From positions 32,550,001 to 32,614,000 of the forward strand of contig NC_043008.1 of the NCBI RefSeq assembly GCF_006345805.1: a stretch of DNA of 64,000 bases. Direction: 5' to 3'. This DNA is from Octopus sinensis. Taxonomy: Eukaryota. The notes under the pieces were generated by a model that worked only from the letters and a program-made list of their open reading frames with translations, was not told the origin of the DNA and made no database searches. A program made the translations under genes and the position numbers. Below are positions 52,106-63,800 of the stretch, in pieces; position 1 is the first letter of the stretch, and the number at the start of each line of letters is the position of its first letter.

Positions 52106-53408
52106 TAGATAGACTGAGATTATTCACTAGCTGTTAGTTATACATCGCGAAACAATCCACAGGTTCAAATTATTTGACAGCTCGCTTTCTAACGTTGTCA
52201 TCTGAGAATCAGCGGCACAGCTAAGTTAAATGCTGTTGGAATCAGCGAGCCAGGAGGCTTAGATGAGCCTCTTGGCTCGCTATCTTCCAAACAACGGCTT
52301 GATCTGAATACATGCTACAAAAAGCATCTAATGATCAAGTACTGATGTTATACCAGGAGTTATGCAAGCTCCCCATAAAAATAAAATGGAATTGGTGTAT
52401 CTATCGTGATACGATCATACGAGGGGTTGTTTCTCAAAACTTAAAGCTCCAACTTCTTTAGACACGCCTCTAATTTCGAAAGAATGTGCCGCCAAACTGG
52501 CCGGCTTTAGGAGCCTCGTTTTAATACCTTTGGGCTTGTAGTAAACAAGTGTTAGAGTAACGTAGGAGATAAGAAAACATTTGAAAACAATATTACATCC
52601 ATCTTAATTTTTGAAGTAGAGAGAAACAAAAATAAAAAAAAATACGATACAAGTGAGAGACGGAAACGCATTCTGTCAGAGACGCTTTTGAGATAGGGGT
52701 AATATTTTCTCAGAGAGATAAAGATTGGTACAGAACGAAGATAGAAAAAATAAAAGCGAAAATAAGAAATGAAGTAAAAAACGACTAGTTTTTCGATCCA
52801 TCTAGGTAATAGCAGTTCCCACTTAGATCTGGAAAGTAAAAATTCCATAATCTTTTTTTTTAATATATGAGGCAAATATAATTTGAATATGGGAGAGATT
52901 TCACGTGTTACGTAAGGAAGGTTAGGGTTGTTGTCGGGGATACATATTAGCCAGTAAATGCTTGTTTCAGACAGGCAATCTAGTTATTGGCGTAGATTTT
53001 ACTTAAAAGTAGAAAACTGGCATAACTGACTAATTTTGTTAAACATTCTTGAAAAATGATAGAAGAAATAGAAATAAAAAGAAGAGATGATAGATTTCAT
53101 TTTAATTAAATTTAATAGAAGAACAGTAGCTCCTGATTTGGTGTGGAAGAGAAGTATAGAAAATGAAAAAAAAAAAAAAAGAAAGAAAATGTATTATTCT
53201 TGTAACTGAAATAAATTGGAAAATCAGACTGACCTGGGTGCGTTATGTGAGAACTCAGGGAGTTAGAGGGAAAGGTGGGGTAAATATTGGCTTGTAAAAT
53301 TGGTTAAAATAAGAAATGCTTTATACACACACCACACCTGCCCACAGGGGATTAAATGCATACATATTCATCCACTCCAAGCCGCATGCATACATACATA
53401 CATACATG

Positions 53409-53485
<77 letters not shown>

Positions 53486-53942
53486 TATCATACACTCGCG
53501 CCTATGTATATGTACTATATATATGTATATGTATATGCATATATCTATATCTATATATCTATATATATCAACTTGAGGCAAAATAATTGTAATCAATTTC
53601 ACCAAGTCAGTATGCAAAGGGACATTCAATGCGAATTCATTATTTACATTATGGGCTAGTAATATTAATTATACTGACTATTAGAAATAGCAGCTAAAAC
53701 TTTTTAAAGCTATTTCTATACTTAAAGAAAATCTATATATATACTTCATCATAAAGTTTAACATATAAATATATGAGAACGTACGTTCAAGATTAGTCAT
53801 ATCATCATGGTGGATTTGGAACACTGAAAATAAGTATTAGGGATCTGCCCGTGTCTAACAGTGCCAACAAATTCAATAAGCAAGAAGAATCTCTGTTCTT
53901 TTTCCACCACCATGGTTCAGTGTCATTTGCTAAGCTCTATAT

Positions 53943-54360
53943 GGGCGCAGGTGTGGCTGTGTAGTAAGAACATGCTGCAAGGTTCAGTGTCAGTCTCACT
54001 GCTAGTACTGAGGCAAGTCTTCTACTAAGCTTGGGCCAACCAAAGCTCTGTAAGTGGATTTGGTAGATGGAAACTGAAAGAAGTGTGTGTTGTGTGTGTG
54101 TGTGTGTACGTGTGTGTGTGTGTGTGTGTGTATGTGTGTATGTATGAGTGTGTGTGTGTTTGTGTGTCTGTGTTTGTCCCCCAACATCGCTTGACAACAG
54201 ATGCTGGTGTGTTTACGTCCCAGTAACTTAGCGGTTCAGCAAAAGAGACCGATAGAATAAGTACTAAGCTTACAAAGAATAAGTCCTGGGGTTGATTTCT
54301 TCGACTAAAGGCGGTACTCCAGCATGGCACAGTCAAATGACTGAAACAAGTAAAAGAGTA
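53943..54360 (+). mobile_element. SINE family B
   Basis: Full consensus match, followed by (CATA)n and (GATA)n tracts to ~54800. Confidence 0.87.
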
Positions 54361-54739
54361 TACATACATAGATACATAGACAACATACATACATACATAC
54401 ATACATACATACATACATACATACATACATACATACATACATGCATGCATGCATGCCATACATACATACATACCCTACATACATACATATACATACCTAC
54501 ATACATCAGACACACATGCATGCATGCCTACATACGTATACATACATACATACATACATACATACATACATACACTACACACTACACACATGCATGCATA
54601 TGTACATATTATAAATAGATAATACTACATAAATACATACATACATACATATACACGCATTGTAATGTATAGATAGAATAATAGATAGATAGATAGATAG
54701 ATAGATAGACAGATAGATAGATAGATAATAGATAGATAG

Positions 54740-54776
<37 letters not shown>

Positions 54777-55502
54777 GATTGATTGATAGATAGATAGATA
54801 TTTTGCCCATTCTTTCTATTTACACTATTTTTCAAACCTACCTTTTTAATTGTCAATACTCTACCTTCTACAGTTCCTCCTCCCTTCTCTCTCGCTCCCC
54901 CTCTCCTCCAATACGTAACCTGCTAGCATTAGATTGTATGCTACCCCTATTAGAATAGACATTTTCTCCAATACAACACCTGGCTCTTTCGTTCCCCTCG
55001 CGTCCTTCGCTTCAGTTTATTGATTTAGTGTCTTACACTTCATTGTTTTCAGTTTTCTTTCATTCAATTGCATATACTCTGAATAATCAGGAAGAAGCCC
55101 AGACAGAAAACAAATTATTTTTAAGTAATATATGATATATACAGTATAATTTTGTTGTTGTCGTTGTCTTGTCGTTGTTGTTGCTGTTGTTGTTGGGCTT
55201 GAGGTTAAATCTGATCAAACAAACCTATGATGAAAGACGTTACAACCCTGATTATCCAATATTTTTGTTTATCAGAGACAACTTGTCCGATGTGTCCTTC
55301 TATTTTTAGGACTGCGCAATGTTATTTCTAGTAGTTCGATCGTCCTGCGCAGAGGTTCTGTGTCTACCCAATATGTATTCAGGCAAATTGCTGACTCTGT
55401 GTGCGTGTGCAATAACTAATACGTGTATATTGGTGTTACTCTGCGTTATGATGGTGGTACAGAGACATATGCACGTGCGCGTGTGTGCATGTATGTGCAA
55501 AC

Positions 55503-55538
<36 letters not shown>

Positions 55539-55901
55539 TCTCTATTATCTCTCTGTTTATTTCCTCATATTCCTTCCTGTTGAAGAGCGTAGGCTCGAAA
55601 CATAAAAGACGTTCTCACTTTCCGAGCGTGAAACTAATACACATGTTTGTTGTTCATACACCTATCTTCGTCTTTTGTTTTTCTGTAATTTCAACAATAT
55701 ATATATGGGATAGAATTTCATTGACTAGAGAGTGCTGCCATTTCTAGTTGCCTGAATGGTTTGCTGTAGAAAGAAATACAAACAATACTTCGTTGAAATA
55801 TTCTCATATATGCAGCAAATGGTAGCAAGAGATTTGGACAACGAAATATTTTAAGATATATACAATGCATTACAATTGCTGTTGTTGCTGTTATCTCTCT
55901 A

Positions 55902-55940
<39 letters not shown>

Positions 55941-56215
55941 TTATTTCTCTCTCTATTATATATACGTACACACACATACACATACACACACACACATACA
56001 CACATACACACATACACGGAGCCAATTCTACCAGTTTACAAACATTTGTGAATACATTTACATTCTGACTGTTTACACCTGGGTTCCCCAACAGCGACCA
56101 GAACCGGGCCGCGAGTCATTTGGCACCGGGTCACATAGAAAAATACACGTTTAAAGCTTATTTCTATTTTATTACTTATCGCAGTTTGCAATGCATTTTT
56201 GCATTAGATATGAAT

Positions 56216-56247
<32 letters not shown>

Positions 56248-57030
56248 ATATATATAGTTATATATATATATATATATTTTTCGTATATACTTCTTAGCGA
56301 TAGATTTGTATTTGATATCAAGCATACGAGGTGTATTAGTAGGCTTTGTATATACTGTTTAATAGTATTAATTGTAGTTTTAAATTTATAATTAAATTAG
56401 ATAAACTGATAAACTTAGATATGTTTCGACTAAAGATTGGTCCAGGATGTCTAATTTAATAGCATAACTTATTATTTCTTGTTTTAATATATTCGATACT
56501 ATTCCCATTATATTTATATTTTAGTATTTATAGTATCTATTCGATACTATATTACTACGAATTGATTATTTCTAAAAGTATTTTACATAAGATTTCCGAA
56601 AGTTCGTTTAAGTAGTTTATTTGTATTTTGAAATTAGCTATTTCATCTTTAAATATGAAAAATTAAATTTATTAGGTTTTTTATTATATGTGCATATACA
56701 ATTATTTATAGAGATTATTTTAGATCTTAATTATAATATTTATATACATTTATATATTTTCATTGATAATTTATATATTAGTCATTTTGAATATTTATGT
56801 AATTAGATATAGACTAATATTGATATTAGATTATGGGTGGGTTTCCTACCTTATAAATTAAAATTAATATTTAACATTATAGTCGATTTGGATATAATCA
56901 TAATTGTTAAGTTCTATGTCTCTAGTTTGATAATAGAGTTTATTATAAGTAAAATCATATATTATATATATTATTTATATCTTAAAATATTGTTTAAATA
57001 TTTCTGATTATATTTTAGATATTCAACAAT

Positions 57031-57091
57031 CACCTGAAGAATGACTGTAACTCGAATTTTACGAATGGACAGCCATGAAACGATCGTAGTG
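57031..57091 (+). ncRNA. Minimal type I hammerhead ribozyme motif
   Basis: CAC-CTGAAGA-ATGACTGT...ACAGCCAT-GAAA-CGATCG-TA-GTG: all core nucleotides present, helix II 7/8 bp, palindromic helix III ACGATCGT, GUA triplet, helix I CAC/GTG. Confidence 0.78.
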
Positions 57092-57341
57092 TTTTACTCA
57101 TTATCTTTTTTTAATAATTTTGATATATATTTAAATAATATGAATTAATTAATCTTATGTATTGGCTTAAGTTTTTCATTGTATGATTTGCCTAATAGTG
57201 GTTTTTATCTCTAATTTAATATTATATAATATTTTACTATAAAATTGGATTCAATCCTAAATCTGATTTTTCCCTGTAAGTTTGGATTTATTCCTTAATA
57301 TTTTATTAATTATATATATATATATATATAATATATATATA

Positions 57342-57385
<44 letters not shown>

Positions 57386-57739
57386 TTAAGATTCAAAGAT
57401 CGAGGTGTAGGAAGAAAGTTACCTTCAAGCAATCCGTAGTAAATATTAAAAAAACAACTTTCTGGGATAATAGTGGTTTACTGAGACGGAAGGTTGTGGA
57501 TTTTTTTCGTATCGAAGTACGATAAACTGAAAAAAATTTTTTTTTTTAATATTTCACGGTAGGCGACCAGGGTTCACGGGCATACGAATAAGAATACAAG
57601 CGTTAAGGAATGGCGTAGATAAAATTTGGGCTACAAATGCTTCATAGCGAGCGGTACCTCGGAAGTGGTAAATATCCAATCCATTCTGATTGAATCTTCT
57701 ATACCTCTTTGGGACAATGTAAATGTGTGTGTGTGTGTA

Positions 57740-57964
57740 CTTTATTTGTGGATCAAGATTGCAATTGGTTTCATGTTAAGGAATACCTCAACATTTATCA
57801 AGACTATCACATGGAACATCGGTGTTCGTCTCCATTTTGGATTAAAACTCCAAAAGTCCAAAATGGATGCGATCTCCGATGTTCCATGTTACAGGCTTGA
57901 CAATTGTTGAGGTACCTCTCGACGTAAAACCCAAACCAATGAAAGCCTTGATACACAAATAAAG
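57740..57964. repeat. Foldback inverted repeat, ~105-bp arms, 15-bp spacer
   Basis: CTTTATTTGTG...ACATGGAACATCGG...TCCATTTTGGA mirrored by TCCAAAATGGA...CCGATGTTCCATGT...CACAAATAAAG. Confidence 0.9.
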
Positions 57965-58862
57965 GATATTTATCTACCAATGAAGTGTTTAGCATTCATT
58001 GTCTTTGTTCGATACTTACGTGTATGTGTGAGTGAGTGCGTGTGTGTGTGCGTGTGTCTGTGTGTGTGTGCGTGCGTAATGCATATATAAAGCCTGGAAG
58101 ATTGCTTTAAGCTACATGGCGTAATTTATGAATATGCCAGTTCAAGTATCATTGCAGCATGAACTATTGGACGCTCTTTCGTTGTGTATCTAATTTGATA
58201 TATATATATATTAATATATATTATATATTATAATATATATATATTATATATAATATATATATTATTATAATATATATAATATATATATATATATAATATA
58301 TATATTATATATATTATATATATTTATATGTATGTATGTGTGTGTGTGTGTGTGTGTGGTGTGAGTGTGTGTGTGCGTGTATCCATAGTATATACATATG
58401 TAAATCTATGTTGTATAAGTACAATCAATCTCTCTAGATTGAAAAAATGTGATGAACAGCCTTAATCGATTTTTGAACCTTATTGTGTCCTCATCAGACG
58501 AGTGTAAGCGATTTAACCAATCCAGAGCGACAAGTAGCCAATCTATTTATATAATCAACAAATCCAGTACCTACAGAGAATTGGAGCTACTAATTTGAAC
58601 GTCTTAAGTATTTAGCACTGTACTTGATATCAGTGGTCTGTCAACATGGATCTCAGTCCTCACATTATCAAGGTATGATAAAATATATGTAAGCATACGC
58701 TGTAGAAATACAAATATGGTATATTTTACCGTGGATTGAAAAATATGATGAACAACCTTAGTCAATTTTCATTAGTGATATCTACATCAATTGACTAATC
58801 CCAGAGAAATAAACAGCCAATCTGTTTATATGCTTATATATATATATATATATATATATATA

Positions 58863-58916
<54 letters not shown>

Positions 58917-60519
58917 TATACATATAATAAGTAAATTATATAGTCTACTTTATAGTGTTTTGCTATACGTGAGATCCAAATGTCTGGGGGAAAATTGTTT
59001 TGCATGAAACTGGTCTCTAATACAAGACAACTGGAAGCTAATATTTTTCCCCTCTTGAACGTGGGTGTTCTGTTAGAACACTACACTGCAGTACATACCA
59101 TGACACAAACTATCATACTTGCTTCAGCAGATCACGTAATTGCGACCTTCCTTGGTCTCGTCAAGGATGGCCGCTGGCTCGCTAGAGATAGCAGTGACTC
59201 ATCTCCCCGCCAGCGATATATTGAAAAAAAAACTGCACCAGAGTCAGTATTAATACTAAGAGGTAATATTTATCCCCGCTTAAACGTGGGTATTCTGTTA
59301 GAACAAACTATACTGCGGTAGATGCTATGAGAGAAACTCTAATATTGGCTTTTGGTGCAAAATGTGCGCTCGTTTATATCGCTGGCGGGGAGTTAAATTC
59401 CCCACCACCTCCAACGCGTAGACTACCAGGCCACATGATTTCAATCTTCCTTGGTCTCATCGATGACGAACTCTAGATCACTAGATTTTGCAGTGACCCA
59501 TCTCTCCGCCGGAACATATAAATATTATCTCTAGTATTTAATACTACCTCTGTTGCTAATATAGATAAAAAGATTAGGTGACTGACTTTTTATACAATGT
59601 ATGAAGACACTCTGTACTTCCTATGTTTATATATAATCTATGTAGACGCTTCATATTTTGTGTTAAGAAGTCATCTTATACATATATATAACTACTCTTT
59701 ATATATTCTTTGTCGATAAATTCTGCCTGTATAAATATATCTGTGAAGATCTATTGTATCCTGTTTGTCTAGGCATATCTATTAAAACCCTATATTCCAC
59801 TTGCTTACGTATACATATGAAGAGATACACTTTGTCTATTTAGACCATGTATAATTTATCTCGTTCACATGTATCTACGTAGGCACTTGGTATACGGTAT
59901 ATTTACAAATATGTATGTAGATAATTTATATTCTGCTTAATACATATTCTGGCTGTTTAAACATGTCTAAGAAAGCACTTTATAATCTTTCTATTTGCAT
60001 ATATCTTATGAAGACATTTCATATCCTGAATCTTTAAATATATATATATATAGATGAAGCTAGTTTATATTCCGTATATTCACAGATATCTATGCAGGCA
60101 ATTATATTCTGTTTGCGTATATACATCTCTGAAAACACGGTATTCTATTTACAAATCACTGCAGAGATGATAGAATATAAAGTAAAATAGAATTATCATT
60201 ACCTATTAAGTTGTTTTGCAGCTAAGATTATTTATTAATGTATTAATGTTCCACTTTTTCTTTTCAGTTTGTAGGCTTGAGAATCCAGAAATACAAGGCT
60301 GGTCATATATATATACTAGCATTAATGACCCGTCGTTGCCAGGTCATAGTGCTAGTGCATGTATATATGTGTATATATATGTGTACATATTACATGTACA
60401 TCTATATATATACATCTACACATAAAATACAAAATACAAAGTTATATCTTGATATTGCTAGTGATAACAATGCTCAAAATATATAACAGACTGGAATTGT
60501 TAGTCCGTCTCTTGTAATT

Positions 60520-61090
60520 TCGATCAATTGTATCTTGTCCTCCCTCTTGTATGGAAGTGTGGCTACAATCCAGCCTACCTCTACTTCTGGTGGGGGGAGA
60601 CATTTTTAATTTTTTTCAGGGACGTCCTACGTCCCAGATATAAAGGTAAAAATAAAATATTTCCACTTTGCAAGTTCGAGTCGAGTACTCCCTTGCACGC
60701 TCCGTTGACTCGAACCTTGCTTCTATTGTGGCGAATTTACCGCCTCTGTTTAGATATCTTTCATAGTCACACCAAGACACTTTTCGATGGTGCTTTCCTC
60801 CAGGTGTTCAAATCTTTTTTTTTCTCTACATTGTATACTTTATAGACAATAGTTTTTTCTTTAATTTAATTTTTTATTTCGTTTGGTGGTGTTATCTTAG
60901 ATTCACCGTCTTTGTCGGTGGTCAATCCGTATTTCTTCCATTTTAATTTCAATGAGTTCGCGTCCGCCGACGGCTGCAGCGAAATTCATTTTTGGACTTT
61001 CTTCTATCGAAGGTATTGTAACAAAAATGCTTCCGTGTAAACGGTGAAAATATTGCCAACTTCCCCAAACAGGAACACAATTCAATTTTT
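60520..61090 (-). pseudogene. Possible decayed ORF1 region of an L1/Tx1-like element
   Basis: Frameshifted words LFLPLYLGRRTS..KIKNV/PPEVEVGWIVATL and PKMNFAAAVGG look coding-derived; the family assignment is recollection only. Confidence 0.3.
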
Positions 61091-61547
61091 AAACAATAAC
61101 CAAAGCTCCTTCTCCCAAAGGGGGAGGGTTACAGTTTACAATTATTTAACAAATGCAACACAACAACATTTCCCTTACGAGAAACCAACAAACGTGATAA
61201 CAATAGTTAAACAGTAATAATAATAACAAACGTTACAGTGAATCAAAAACAGTACGCAGTTGAAGCTATAGTCCTTTATGTATAATATTCCAACTGGACT
61301 ATTCCATTTCTGCACGCTAATTTTATTTTTAATTCATTCCCATTCATGTGAAACCACTTATTCAAGTTCAAATCATTGATGCAATTTTATACCAATTTCT
61401 ATTTTTACTTTTGTTATGATACGATTATATTATACTTTAGTTTGATTTTAATTATTACTTATTATTATTATTTTTATTGTTAAAGTGAAAACATCTGACA
61501 TAAAATAGAGAAATGTTTTTGTTTCACTTTTAACACGTAATACTGAA

Positions 61548-61879
61548 ATAGTGGAGAAGATATGATATTGCTATGGGCTCGCTCTAGGCGAGAAGTTGAA
61601 CATTTTCTTTGCCCATGAAACTACATGGACCCTAAGTAAGGCATGTGTAAAATTTGAATGAAATTGGTTGTGTAGTTCTCAAGTTTTAGGGAATCATAGG
61701 GGAGAATATATGATATTGGTGTGGGCTCGCCCTAGGCAAGAAGTTCAAATTTCTTTGGCCGATGACAGTCCCCGGGCCCTAAGTAAGGCACGTGTAAAAT
61801 TTGAATGAAATTGGTTCTGTAGTTCTCAAGTTTTAGGGAAACACACAGACAGACAGACACACATTCTCAATTTTATATA

Positions 61880-61885
<6 letters not shown>
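61548..61885 (-). mobile_element. Partial Helitron-like element carrying two ~147-bp tandem units
   Basis: Units start at 61548 and 61696 and share AAATTTGAATGAAATTGGTT.TGTAGTTCTCAAGTTTTAGGGAA. The minus strand begins TATATATAAAATTGAGAATGTGTGTCTGTCTG, like the 5' end of the Helitron at 50298. Confidence 0.6.
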
Positions 61886-61968
<83 letters not shown>

Positions 61969-62063
61969 CTTGGTGTATGTAGATTTCGAAGTGGGATGCC
62001 ATAAGCTTGTTGGTACTCCATACCAAACTTTGGACACGTTCAACCCTTTCTGTGGTTTGAGCT

Positions 62064-62282
62064 TGTTGTGTGGAAGTAGAACACCCGTATTTGGTTGGCA
62101 CCTAATGGACTGTCAGAATATAAATGGACATGCGCAGAGAGTGTGGCGAGAGTGAGCTGTGTAAAGCCGAGAATTGCGAATCGTCGAATGTAATTACAAG
62201 TATTTTGTATCTTGAGTGGAGCGATTTGCGACGACGTTATTTATTATCCCGTTATATCGTACGTCGAACCTGCGATACAACA
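62064..62282 (+). mobile_element. Putative Ty3/Gypsy 5' LTR (219 bp)
   Basis: Termini TGTTGT...ACAACA are inverted complements; TATAAA at 62119-62124; immediately followed by the PBS and gag. Confidence 0.7.
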
Positions 62283-62283
62283 G

Positions 62284-62295
62284 TGGCGACGAGGA
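62284..62295 (+). promoter_or_regulatory. Primer-binding site complementary to the tRNA-Ser(GCU) 3' end
   Basis: TGGCGACGAGGA lies 1 nt after the LTR end; animal tRNA-Ser(GCU) ends ...TCCTCGTCG-CCA (recalled). Confidence 0.75.
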
Positions 62296-62388
62296 CGAGG
62301 ACAATATCGACACTCATACGACAGTGGCGTCGAGGTTTCGAACAGTACCGAGGATTCGAACAATATTGAAACTGAAAATAATACCGAA

Positions 62389-62619
62389 ATGGAAGAGTTT
62401 CTGAAACCAGTCGTAAAACAACAATAGAAGCGTCAGCAACAGCTACAGAAGTTAACAGATTTGTTACTTCAGTCGAGAAATACGACAGAATCATTTTCAG
62501 CGGACAGTGTTGCAAATCCCATCGAAGAATTTCAGTACAAACCGGATGAAAGAACTACCTTTACCGCGTATTACAGACGATATGAGGACATATTCAGAGA
62601 GGAATGCACGGGATGGCCT
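62389..62619 (+). pseudogene. Ty3/Gypsy (Mag-like) gag N-terminal fragment
   Basis: MEEFLKPVVKQQ*KRQQQLQKLTDLL...IEEFQYKPDERTTFTAYYRRYEDIFREECTGWP matches the F.Y.P....TF..Y..RYEDIF gag pattern; one in-frame stop at 62425-62427. Confidence 0.78.
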
Positions 62620-63800
62620 AGTATTCTCTTTTTGGCTAATCTTCAGCTTTGTTAACATCTGCTGAGCAGCTAATTCCCACAATTGTACACAATTTCTCTT
62701 CTCTATCCCAAATCATTATATTACATTTGTTGTGCTTACATTTTATTGAGGTCTTCATTGGGACATTCCACTAGTACTCCATTTTATTATGAATGACTGT
62801 GGCTTCTGCCATACTGTGAGTTCTTATCTCTTTGTCCTCAGGGTTATCCTTCTGAAGGATTTCATTACAGAGTGTCCTAGTTATAACCTCATATCTCATC
62901 GGTAGATAATACCGTGATGACACCTGCTTATGATGCGGGTGATATCTCCGGTGTTAACTCCACAAAGTCTGCATTAGTTGTCACATTTTACTGCTTTTCC
63001 TTCATCTCTATCCCTTTTGTGCATCAGGTACTTGGTTGATATTCCTTGGATTGCAAACGCGTACCCTTCAAAGTGGGAGGTAGAAATCGACTGCTTTGAT
63101 GGTCAATGTTACTATCATCTCAAAACTTTCTGCTAACATATCCATGCATAGTCTTCTGCTCATATAGGCTCATCCTTTCATCTGATGATACGTTGCCGTA
63201 GAGTCGTGCGACTTCTTTGAGCACGTATTCTTGGTTATCAGACAAAGAATGTTGTTCAAGGAGCTGCCTTCCAAGTTTTGTGATGTTATCTACCTCATGT
63301 ATGCAAACTTGGTTAAGGGATCCCCCTCGACACTTGGTGGTTAAAAGATGTTGCCGAAAGGATATGATACAACATTCAAAGGCATTTTGGATCGATGTCA
63401 AACCCCTGCCACCTTGTTTTCCTTTTAGTTAGAGGAGGCCTACGTCACTGTTTATGTGGAAATTATGTGTGCTTGTTAGTATTTTTCGGGTTTTCACATC
63501 AATGGCTCGAATCTCATCCAATCAAGTAGCCCAAATGTTGATATGAGTACTGGCACTGCAAATACATTGTGGGCCACTGTTTTATTGAATGCAGAGAGGT
63601 TCAAATTCTGAGGTTCAAATTTTCTTTATTCGGCTGTAATATTCTTTAGTGACACGTGTTTTGTTACAGGTGCCATTGTAAGATATGTTTTAACTACCCC
63701 TACATACCTGTAACATTTATCGTCAGATATAGGGGTATCATTGATGGAGATGTTGCTAGTCTGGTTTATAGTTTTCCCCCTTTTCATAACCATATAACAA
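62620..63800 (-). pseudogene. Decayed R4/Dong-like non-LTR retrotransposon fragment (second subfamily)
   Basis: Minus translation NKTRVTKEYYSRIKKI, LSAFNKTVAHNVFAVPVLISTFGLLDW, IDVKTRKILT..NFHINSDV, GGRGLTSIQNAFE, KTMHGY, CRLCGV, YYLPMR, WNVPMKT, IWDREEKLCTIV, KISQKEN. Confidence 0.82.
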
